Positions 25,730 through 36,500 of a stretch of DNA of 64,000 bases are shown in pieces. Positions within the stretch are counted from its first letter, which is position 1; each line of letters begins with the position of its first letter. The notes beneath the pieces are model-generated. The model was not told the origin of the DNA, did no database searches, and saw nothing but the letters and a program-made list of their open reading frames with translations. The position numbers and the translations under genes are program-made. Source of the stretch: Lama guanicoe (Eukaryota); contig MU053934.1 in NCBI GenBank assembly GCA_013239625.1, positions 3,118,399 to 3,182,398 of the forward strand, in the 5' to 3' direction.

Positions 25730-26296
25730 GGGTGAACTTATATACTCATCACATTTCCTTATTCTCTGCATTCTTGATGCTCTGGCAGCTGGGGCCTCAC
25801 TGCTGGGGAGGGACGGCCCCTCTCACAGTTAGCTAATTTCTAGGGATAGTAAATGACAGCCTTGCCAGCTCCTTGCAAACCAACCAATCCTGAGTCCATA
25901 TCCCCATCTGCCTCCTCTGTCTGGCTTTATACTCCAGGAGGCAAGAGTCCTCCGTCCTAACCACCCCAGGGCCAGGTACCAGGAAGGTAGGGGCCACCCT
26001 CACTGCCCAGAGCCTGCCAAAATTATTCCATGTAGCCAACCCTAAGCCCGCTCAGTCCTCACCTGGCCTCGCCCATTTCTTCCCTGAAAAACTACAGTAA
26101 AGGCTCTTGTCTATGGTTTCCCCTCACTCTGCTGCCTCCTGACTGGCCCTGATGCTTCTTCATGTGGTCCTGCCTGGCCCGCCATGTGCCCTCCTCCTGG
26201 GACCTGTGTAGATGACAAAAATATCTTTTCATCACCTGTTCTGTTGGCCTCACCATACCTGAATAAAACCAAAATCCCAGGTAACATTTTAAAACA
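25730..26296 (+). mobile_element. ERVL solo LTR (MER54/MER73/MER74 group)
   Basis: TTCTTGATGCTCTGGCAGCTGGGGCC..CAAACCAACCAATCC..GGCCTCACCATACCTGAATAAAA..ATTTTAAAACA end, similar to recalled consensus. Confidence 0.6.
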
Positions 26297-29271
26297 CCCA
26301 GCCCCACCTTCCGAGTTCACAGAAATGATTCTGACCAGTTGGTTTTCAAAGCCGGAGATTCCAGGGAGCGCCCCCTCTGCCCTGGGGTGGGGGTGATTCC
26401 AGATGGTGTGGCAACCCCCCAGGCCAGGACTCGAACTCAGAATGAGCAGCTGGGTAGCCCTGGCCTTCTCCCACGCCACGGGGCCCACAAACGTGAACGT
26501 GGCAGCCAAATAGATGAGACCAAGATGGCAGAAAAGGGGACTGAGGGCAGCCCCCACGGACATGTGTAAACAGATCATTTTGTTAAAGTTCTATAATGAC
26601 ACTTTTTTTTTAAAAAAAAAGAGAGCCCTTGGAGCATGAGACCTGAACAAGGAAATGTTAAGCTCTGCAGGCCCTATTATAGGCCGTTACTTCTTCTTCT
26701 TTTTTTTTTTTCAATAATGACACTTTTGAGCCAAAAAGGAGACTCCACAGTAGAATGAACCTGACCCAAGTTTACATACTGAAGTATCAGATTTCCATCT
26801 TTCAGCAGGCTGGCAAAAATTCTAGAGCAGCAGCTCCAAAATAAGTAGGACTGATGTTCCAGAAAGATGACAGGCCCTTAACCACAGTAACACAGAAGTC
26901 AGAGCCAGACTCCAGGCTCGAATCCCTGCCTGCTGGCGGCGCCGGTAAGCTCCGGTGGTATCTCTCTGAGCCTCGGTTTCCTGGTGCCCTCGGGCCAGGG
27001 GACTCCTCTGGCCTTCCCCTTTGGGCTTCCCCTCCACTCTGGGCCGCCCTCTCCCCCTGCCTGGGACTCTCTCCAGGCACAAATGCCCCAGGTCTCTGGT
27101 GGCTCAGTTCAAGTAAAGCCACTCCTTTCTTAAAGGTGCCCTCCTCCACCCACCAGCTCTGCTCCAGCGAACCTCATCCCTCACTCCTCCGCCACCCACT
27201 TCACTGCCTCCACTTCCTCAGTTCCCGCCTGTTGCCCCTGCCTGGCCACCTCCCACCCTAGCCGCCCAGCAGTAACACAGTGGACACTCAGGGACCTTCG
27301 CCTCCTCCCCGCCCCCCAATCCCGCTGGAGACACTGATGACCACCTCTTAAAAGGCCCTCTTCTGGCCACACCCAGGTTTCCTCCTGACTCCCCCTCCAT
27401 TCCCGTGGTGGAATCTCCCTCGCTCCTACTAGCAACCCCCTCCCTGGCTGGGGAAGCTCATCACCCATCTAGATGCCCCAAACACCAGGCGCTCTGTTTC
27501 CCAGGATCCCTTGCATCCAGGCGTGAGCATAGATCCGCCCTGGCCAAACAGGATGAGCGGAGTCCCGGAGGGCAGGGACAAGTAGATGTGGGATGCCGGG
27601 AACTGCTGCAGCCATCTGGTGACCATGAGGGAGGCGGGACACAGGGAGACACAGCCTCTGGCTTGTCTCAGACCTCAGCCCCGCCCCACCCTGTGACACA
27701 GCCACCTGGTCCCACTGGAGACCTTCTGTTTCCTCCAAGCCCCCTACTCCAGTGAACTTAGGAGGAGGGTGGAGCCTGGGTCCCCTCCTGTGTGTGTGTG
27801 GCAAGCAATTGATGTGTAAGCTTGTGTTGCTGTGCCCAGCAGAAACTACTGTCCCGAAACTATTGTGGCCTGGGTTGGAAAGGGGAAGTGGGGGTCAGAG
27901 AGCCACTGATTGGAGGGCGGAGGCTTGGCAGCAGGAGAAGGACCAGGGGGAGGGACAGACCCCAGGCAGAAGCAGATCCAGGCCTGGATTCATCTCAGGT
28001 CTCACTCTCCGTTTCATCTCAAGCCTCTGAGTCTTTGCTTGTGCTGTTCCTTCAACCTGGAACACCCTTCCCTCACCTTCTCTGAAGCACAAACTCCCGC
28101 TTGAACTTCCAGAGGATTCTTTGCTTTCTTGTACAAATATCCAAGACTCCAAACAGGCATCCCTGTTGGGAAGCCCTCGCTGAGTTGGTGTGGCAGGGAT
28201 TGGTCCAGAGCTGGGCACATGGCCTAGGCCTAGCCAATCAAAGTCTTTCCCTGAGAATGTTTCTGGGTAGGCCCTCTTTATGAAATCAAACGTAACTTGA
28301 CATGAGCCGGGAGCTTTCTGTGGCTAGGTTGGCTGCCCTATGGAGAAGATCCCATCTGAAGCCAGAGACAGAAATAGCTAAGGCAGACAGAGAATGAGAG
28401 AGATGGGGGTGGGGCGGGGAGGAGAAGAATAAGGACATTCTGAGTCTCTGGTATCCATATCCCCAAGGCCCAAGGCCAACCCCATCCCTGGCTCTCCAGG
28501 AACTGAGCCAGTAAATTCCAGTTTAAGCTAGGTGGAGTTATGCTTACTTAAAAACAAAAGATGTTTGAATTCTGCATTATCATCATTCTCTTTGATGACT
28601 CACTGGCCCATCATCTGGACACAAAATAATTTATTAACCATTTAGCCTCTGCTGTGCACTTGACTCTTCCAAAATTTCCCAGTTATCAGTGATGCTGGGA
28701 GGAGCGTCCGCGTGCTCACCCCTTCCCACATGTGTGCCATTATCTCATTAGGACAATTTCTAAATGTGAACTTGAAGATGAAAGTGTGCTTCACTGCCCT
28801 TGACCCTCATCCTTGTCTTTGGCTGAGTCGTGGAGCCTCCCTGCATCTGGCTTCCCTCTGTCCCTCTGTCCTCCAGGCTCCCAAAGGGCCTGTGGCCAAA
28901 CCCAGATGAGGAGTGATAGGTCTGGTGGAAATCAGGCATGTTTGGAAAGCCCTGGGCTTCTGGAGCCCTGCTTGTTGCTCAGGTCTTACAGGCCAGACTC
29001 TCAGCAGTCCCAAGACGGAAGGATGCCACATCCACCAGAGGCTGCCTCCAGTTCCGAGTCATGAGAAAAAAATGAGAAATCAGAGAAAATTATGAAGGGG
29101 AAGGACTTCAGAGATGATTCATCCCAGACACTCATCCTGCCCACCACCTGCCATGTCCCACCCAACGCAGCTGACTTAACCATGTGCCCTACGAAGGTCG
29201 GGATTTTTGTCTGTCATGTGTCAATGCCAAAAACAGCACATGGCATGTAGTAGGACTTCAGTGAACACCAA

Positions 29272-29539
29272 CTGAATGAATGGATAGATGGATGGATGGA
29301 CGGATGGATGGATTGTGGATGGATGGATGGGTGGATGGATAGATGGATGGACGGATGGACGGATGTACCGATGGATGGATGTGTGGATGGATGGATGGAT
29401 GGATGGATGGATGAATGGCTGATTGGATGGATGAATGGATGGTTGGATATGTGGATGGATGTGTGGATGGATGTGTGAATGGAAGGATGGATGGATGTGT
29501 GAATGGATGGATGGATGTGTGAATGGATGGATGGATGGA
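29272..29539 (+). repeat. Degenerate (GGAT)n / (TGGA)n microsatellite, about 270 bp
   Basis: Directly visible; produces the HPSI- and WMDG-repeat ORFs. Confidence 0.97.
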
Positions 29540-29889
29540 GTACTGTAACTTTGCATCCCAAAGGAGTTCAAGGGCGGGTTCTGTCCCTTATGCACCCTAA
29601 GTCCCCTCCCTCTCCAGGTCTGAGTTATCTTGCATATAAAACAAGGTCACCTCTAAGTTCCATCCGGTTCTCTTTCTCTCGAGCTAGCTGTGTCCAGGTG
29701 AGGAATTCTGAGCTTTGGGACAAACAGAAAGTTTTGCTCCTGTGCTTTTGCTACAATTTGATTTAAGTACTGGATTTTTTTTTTATCTCTCCCCTACGGG
29801 GTAAGCAGGCCACTGAATTTCTTTCTAAATGTTCGAAATGATGTTTGCACAATTCAGAGTGAGAATGAAGTCAGTGCAGTACTTGAATC

Positions 29890-30075
29890 TGAGCTTTGCC
29901 TCTTCCTGGCTGTGTGACCTTGGGCAAGTGACTTAACCTTTCTGAACTCAGTTCCCCCGTCTATAAAGCAGGGATTGTAATACACTTCACTGGGGTGTGG
30001 AAAGGATTAAATGAGATGATGTGCGAGCACTGAGCACAGTACCTGGCAGGTAGTAAGCATTCCATAGATGGCAGT
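29890..30075 (+). mobile_element. MIR SINE (one of many MIR fragments; others near 3085, 7745, 20690, 49070, 51110)
   Basis: Core GCTGTGTGACCTTGGGCAAGTGACTTAACCTTTCTGAACTCAGTT..AGGATTAAATGAGAT..AGCACAGTACCTGGCA. Confidence 0.8.
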
Positions 30076-30876
30076 GGTAGTTGTTGGGGACCTCCCAGAT
30101 CCCAAGTTTGGGGACTGTTGTCCCATAATCAACTATGGACCTCCACCTAGTGTACATGAAGGAAGCAGAGGCCCTGACCTCTGGCCAGAAAGAGCTTCAG
30201 GAAGAGCCCTTTAAGGGGAGCCCTTCCCATCTTCATCCTTCTTCCTACCTCAGATTCAGGCGCAATGGCTGGAAAACAGGCAGTCACTTTGGACTATGAG
30301 GAGAACTTGAGGGTGTCAGTTAGAAGGAGCCTGGATCCCTGATAACCAGGTTGCTATGAAGCAGTCCTGTATTAAGTACCTTGGGCTTCTTTCTCATGAG
30401 AGATAAAAATACCTCTAATTTGTTTCAGCTATGGTTATTTGGGTTTTCTGTTTCATGTAAGCAAACTTAATCTTATCTGCCCCAATTTTGCAGATGACAA
30501 AAAACAAGGCTCAAAGGGGAGGCGTGCAAGCAACTAGCAGACGCTGAGTCGGGATCTGAATCCAGGTCTCCATAGCTCCCCTACTGTTAATTCTATGAAA
30601 CTCCTGGCCACCTACAGTGAGAGTACCTTCCCTTTCAGGCTGCCTGCGTATAAGCTGTGAGTCATGATCGGGAATGTGGGGGAAGAAGAAAGGAAGGTGT
30701 AATCACCGAAGGCTTCACAGAGGAGGTGATTATTTGAGTTGAGTCTTAGAGAATGAGATAGTAATCATAACTGAAGCATTCAACCGGTCTTTCAGACAAA
30801 AAGGGAGGTCCCAGATGCCAAACTGTGGCCCTGGGCAAGGCACACCTGTTGGGCCTGGCTGCAGCATTAGAGCGTG

Positions 30877-31796
30877 TGTCAGGGGTCCCCAAGACCATCC
30901 CCAAGTTCAGTGACTGATTCATCAGGAAGATTCACAGAACTCAGCACATAGTCCTAGCTACAGCTGTGATCTATTACAGCAAAAGGATATACAGGCACAA
31001 GCTTCCGAGAGTCCTCTCCCAGCGGAGTCACACAGGAGGCACTTAATTCCTCCAACAGCAAATTGTGAAAACACATGCGAGGTGTTGTCAGCCAGGGAAC
31101 TCAGCAGAGACTCAGCGTCCGAGGTTCTTGCTGGGGACTGGTCACGTAGGCACGCTTTGCCTAACACATACCCAAATCCCAGAGTCCCAGGAGGAAAGCG
31201 GTGTTCAGCATAAACCACGTTGTCTGCACAGTATGAGTGGGCACCGGGAGCCACTCATACTGGGCAACGGCAGGAATCCGCCCGAAATCCAAGTTCCCAG
31301 ATGCCAGCCGAGGGCCAAACTTGCAAGCAGGCTTTTTAAAGGTTAGCAGTCTCACACAGACATAGAAAACAAACTTGTCAAAGTTTACCAAATGGGAAAG
31401 AGAGGGGAAGGATAAATTCAGAATTTGGAATTAGCGGATACAAACTACTATATACAAAATAGATAAACAACAAGGTCCTACTGTACAGCACAGGGAACTA
31501 TACTCAATAGATTATGATAATCTATAATGAAAAAGAATATAAATATATATATATTTATATATAAAGAATATAAATCTAAACATATATTTATAAATAAATA
31601 TAAATATTTACTTAATAATAATAAATAAATATATAATAAATAAATATAAACTAATAATTATATATAACTGAGTCACTAGGCTATACACCAGAAACTAACA
31701 CAACACTGTATATCAACTATACTTCAAAAAAAAAAATCTTTGTGAAAAAATAAAAAGATAGCAGTCTCAGATCTGCTGTTAACAATTTTCTGCACA
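30877..31796 (-). mobile_element. MER21-family solo LTR split by an L1 3' end
   Basis: Minus strand begins TGTGCAGAAAATTGTTAACAGCAG..TGAGACTGCTA|..AAAAGCCTGCTTGCAAGTTTGGCCC..GGCATCTGGGAACTTGGATTT and ends GGTCTTGGGGACCCCTGACA. Confidence 0.75.
31355..31758 (+). mobile_element. L1 3'UTR insertion with expanded AT-rich microsatellite and 11-bp TSD
   Basis: TSD TAGCAGTCTCA at 31344-31354 and 31759-31769; degenerate (TA)n/(TAAA)n at about 31535-31665. Confidence 0.85.
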
Positions 31797-33379
31797 GGGA
31801 ATAACAACTTTCTCCATGTTTCTCTTATTTTAAGTGACCCAGGAAATGGTTTTTTTGTGCCTTGGGCCCAGATTTGTTGAGAAAAATCTAATTTACCGTG
31901 AAGATATTTAAACAGGTTTCCTAGAAAATAACCTTGAGTTAGAAAAGAAATGGGGGAGGTGGGGGGCAGGGGATGGGGGGTGAGTTTGAAGAGTCCTGAG
32001 AGCACCAGGCCGGCAGTTAGTGGGCCTGGCCTCTGGGTCCCGAGCTGGCCACTCACTCAAGTTCCAAATTAGTCAAACGTGTTCCAGAAAGGAAGCTCTG
32101 TTCTCTTCTCCATGAGTCTCCATCCTCAGCAGGCCAGCCCCAGCAGCTGGGCTACAAGGCTTCTTAAGTTCTCACCTCGAAAGTCATGTAACATCACTAC
32201 TGCCACAATCTGGTGGGCAAAGAAGGACACAGCCCAGTCCAGATGCAAAAGGAGCAGAAATAGACTCCACCTCTTGATGGGAGGAGTGGCAGCCTCATAG
32301 CACAAAGGGGCATGGATACACGGAAGGGTGGAAATTGCAGCCAGCTTTTGCATCAACCACGCCTTCTGCCCCGTGTGCCCTTCCCGCATTCATTCATCAT
32401 TCATTGCACACTTGAACACCCTCTAGGTCCCCAGCATTTACCAGACACAGGACACAAAGTTGACCTTGTCTTCATGGGGCCTCGAGACTTGTGGGGAAAG
32501 AGATGAATAAAACGACGTGTGCCACAAAGTTACAAGGAATGAGCATTTACTTTATAGATATTCCTTTACACTGTACTTTTTTCTATAAAGTATTTGAATC
32601 AGCCTGCTAAAAAAGCACAAGTAATAAAATTGTGAATTTTAACCAAAAACCAAAATTTAAACCACAAGGAGAAAAAAGAGGGTGTTTATTGAATATCCAA
32701 GCATCTTTCTCTTCCATCTTATTCTCTTCCATCTTACATCTTATTGTCTCCCTTCATCTTTTCCATAACTCCGGGGGTGGGTATTATCATTCCCCTTTTG
32801 TAGTTAAATAAACTGAGGCTCATGGCAGTGAAATGACTTGCCCAAGTTCACACAGGTTCTGAGTGGCAGACCTGAGTCACACTGCTGAGTCTGGCCTCAA
32901 AGTCTGAATGCTACAACAGAACAGCTGTAAAAAGGAGCTGCAGATTTGACTGAGCTTCCTAGCAGCCCAGGGGAAAAAAAAAACTGAACATATTGCCCAA
33001 CTGATCACTAGACAGGAAAAAGCCAGGCATTTCATTGAGGGGAAACAAAGTCTTTCCTTGCACTGAACTAATTTTTCTTTGTCAAAGGAGAGTTGATGAA
33101 AGAGAGCTTGTGGGGTGGAATCAATGGGGCTCACTCAGCTTGGACTGTCCGGGTGGAGTGACTCTTCAGCTTATATGCAGTGAGGTTGCTGAGTAAGTCC
33201 CCACTGACCCCTGGAGAAGGTTCTGTCCTCCAGTAAACATCTTCCTCTGTGTGTGTGTCTGTGTGCGTTTCTGTCTCACTGTCTTTTCTTTTTTTTTATT
33301 CCCTCCATCCTTCTCTCTGTCTGGTTGCCTCTGTCCCTCCCTTCCGACACCCAAAATGCAAAGAGTCCCCGCTACTCAA

Positions 33380-33575
33380 ACCTCTGCTGGTTTTTAGGAA
33401 GTGCTGCTGCGTCAAGAGCCTACATACCAGACCCCGGCAGGACAGGACTTCCTCCCCACACTGGGCTGGGCGGGGCCAACGGGAAGGGGCCTGTTGTAGC
33501 TGAGGTGACACATCGCGGCCGGGCAGCCTGAGCAGCAGCTTGGTCTGCAGGCCACCCTTCCCCGGGGGCTTCAGA
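33380..33575 (+). promoter_or_regulatory. CYTH4: CYTH4 TATA-less promoter / 5'UTR
   Basis: ETS AGGAAGT (33396-33402), TGCGTCA (33408-33414), PU.1-type ACTTCCTC (33447-33454), GC box GGGCGGGG (33468-33475) directly upstream of the ATG. Confidence 0.65.
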
Positions 33576-33594
33576 ATGGACCTGTGCCACCCAG
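33576..33594 (+). CDS. CYTH4: CYTH4 exon 1 coding part (MDLCHP)
   Basis: agaATGGACCTGTGCCACCCAG|GTAAGC; strong Kozak context and donor. Confidence 0.93.
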
Positions 33595-36500
33595 GTAAGC
33601 ACCCGGGCCGACCTGTCTGGGCCTCAGTTTCCTGTTCTGTAGAATGGGGATAACAGTGTCTGCCTCACAGGCAGTGTGTAACTAGATGAAACACAGGTGA
33701 GACATGCAGAAGCAGGCAACGAATGATTGTGGGCTCAGGCTCGGTGCCAAGCTGTGTTCTAGGGGCTGGGAGTCCGGGGAACAAAGCAGGCACTGCCCTT
33801 GCCCTCATGAGCTTACCTTCTAGACAGGGAGACAGACAGTCAATGTCTGAATATAACATGTCAGGTGGTGACAAGCAGAATGAAGAACAATAAAGGATGA
33901 TAAGGAAGATGGGAGGAGTGGTCAAGAAGGCTTCAAGAGGAGACACCATTTGAGCAGAGACTTGAAGGAGGGAAAGGAGTGATTCATGTGAGTTTCTGGG
34001 GAAAGAATATTCTTGGAGAAGGAACAGCCTGTGCAAAGGCCCGGAGGCGGACCTGAGAAAGGTTGCTTGTGTTGAAGCTGATGCTGTCGGGGAGGATGTA
34101 ACTGCCTGGGTGGCACAAGGGCCCTGCAGCCCCTGTTTGGCCTCTGGGGGTGGTGACAGTGGCCTGTGGGGTGGCTGAGGACACTGCTTCTTGCCAGTAG
34201 AGAGGCCCAAGTCTGAGCAGCAGGGAACCATGGATGAGACCCTGCCAGGTGAGCAGGACCGTGTGTCTGCAGGGAAAGGAAAGATGGCTGCACAGTTTGG
34301 ACAGGAGCAGACAGGACTGTGTTGTGTTTCTGTGAGGCAGAGAGGAGAGGGGCCAGGTCTCTGCACCCTGCATCTAAGAATGTTCCAGCATGGCCTGAAA
34401 TTCCAGAAAACAAGAGCTGCTAGGAGCCATCCCATTCCCCAGGTTCAGATAACATGAACCCTGTAAGCAACAGAACCCTTTCTTCAAGCAAAACCTAATA
34501 CAGAGCAGTCTGACCCCACCCTCGCCCCACGGGCTCTGGAGAACACAGTTAGAGAACCACCGATCCATTTTAACAGCCCCCATTTACAGATGGAACAAAG
34601 GAGGCCCAGAGAGGGACCCAGTCTTTCTGAGGCAAGACCACTCCCCACCTCCTGGCTCCCTGTCCCAGGCTCTCTCCCTGAACCCCGTTCTTCTCCAGTG
34701 GGCTCTTGGGGGCAGGAGGCTCACAGACTACAGGGGTTCCATGAAGACATCTTAGGGGGCAACTGGGAGGTAAGAGGAGACCCAGCGAGGAGCGGTGCCT
34801 GGCTCAAGGTCACTCAGCAGACGCGAGGGTGGCAAGAGACAGTGAAGTTATCCTCCGACAGACTGCCTGTCTTTCCACCATTACTGCTTCTTTCCTTGGG
34901 GTCTTCACATACTAAAATCCTTAGGATGGTTGTCCCCATAATCAGATGAGGAAACTGAGGTTCTCGGCGGTGAACTGGAAGAAAGGATGGAATTGCCCAA
35001 AGTCGGGCAGCTGATAAGTGGCAGAATGGGGACAAGAAGGCAAGAGGAGAGAGAGCCCCAGTTTAGCCTGGGCCGTGTGGGAGGGGAGGGGCGGGGCATC
35101 CGAGGGAGGCCAGAGGGTGAGTCACTGCAACGCTTCAGGCTGGCCTGGAAGGACAGGGGTTGAATGGAGTCGCTGCAGATAGCGTCTTGGGAGATTGGAG
35201 GACTCCATTGATAGGTTCATCTATTCATTCATTCCTTCACTTATTCTGTAAGCAGTCCTCTGGTGTGCAGGCCCTGAGTTGTGCAGTGCTGTGGACAGCA
35301 GTGACGAGGCCGTGGGCCCAACCCTGTGGGGACTGCTGGTCCACGGTGTTGGGGAGGGAGGGACAGACCCTGCAAGACAATGACCCAGGGCAGATGTGCA
35401 AACTGGCAGAGACCTGGAGCATGGGACAGAGCTACTCTTTCCACCCGGGGCAGGGGAGATCTGGGAAGACTTCCTGGAGGAAGTAGAGGGAAGGAGGGAA
35501 GGTCATTTCTCTGCTCCTCAGACTCGGTCTTAATCAAAACTCCTCCATGGCCAGGTGACTTCCCCTCTCTGAGCCCAGATTTGTCATCTCTTAAGTGGCA
35601 TCATCACCCTGGCCGTAGCGGAGGGAAGTAGGAAAAGAACGGGGATGGGGAGTCAGCCTGACCCAGCTCAGATCCCAGCTTGGCACCAACCTACCAGTGT
35701 TGGTGGCCTCTTCCTTCTGTGGGTTTCAGTTTCCCCACTTGTACAAAGGACAGGATGGCGGCAAAGGCCCCTGGGAGCTGCCTCCCCTCCTCCATCTGGG
35801 GGTGTCACACCCAGAAGCAGGTCCCCTCCCCCTGGGTCTGTTGAAAAGCTGAGAAGTCCAGGTAACAAAGCCCCAGCGTGACCAAAGACAGTCCTGGGGC
35901 CGGTGCAGTAAGACGGCGGGTTAAAAATAGAGGCAGCTGGGCTTGGGGAGGAAGCCACATGCAGCGATGCACCCCGCAGGGCCTTGGGGGCTGGGGCAGG
36001 GCAAGCTCCGCGGGCCGCCCCCTGCCCCAGTGTCCCTCACACCCAGACTCTGAGGGGCCTCTGCCTTCAGGACCCCAGGATCGCACCCTCCTCCTGGCCT
36101 GGAAAGGGGAAGCGAGGCCAGCCAGCTGTCCTGGAAGTGGGGCTGTGAGCAGATTTCTAAAAATACAACGGGAAAGAGGAAGGACAAAGGGGAAGTAGAG
36201 AGGAGCTGGGGAGATGGCTGGGGCGGTACCTGGGCACACTCAGCCAGCCTGGGCTCTGGGTGCGGAGGGCACCCGGCCGCAGTCGTGGTGGCGGGAGGGG
36301 GGGGTGTCAGTGGTCGGGCCCTTGTGCGAGGTGGACAGCACAGCCCAGGGCAGAGTACACGGAGTTTGTGGTGGCAGCGGTTGTTACTATCATTTAAATA
36401 TCTTTGTGTTTTTATTATTAACTTTATTATTATTAAAATCCATCTCACACAACCTGCACCAATGCCTGAAACGCCATCATCACCAGGCTTGGAATCAGAA

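Noticed and set aside
26360..26385. Possible CTCF motif GAGCGCCCCCTCTGCC
   Set aside because: Only the GGGGGCGC half matches; the 5' CCA half is absent.
29214..29595. HPSI-repeat and WMDG-repeat ORFs
   Set aside because: Translations of the (GGAT)n microsatellite.
33665..34435. 256-aa minus-strand ORF in CYTH4 intron 1
   Set aside because: Overlaps L2/MIR fragments; low-information peptide.
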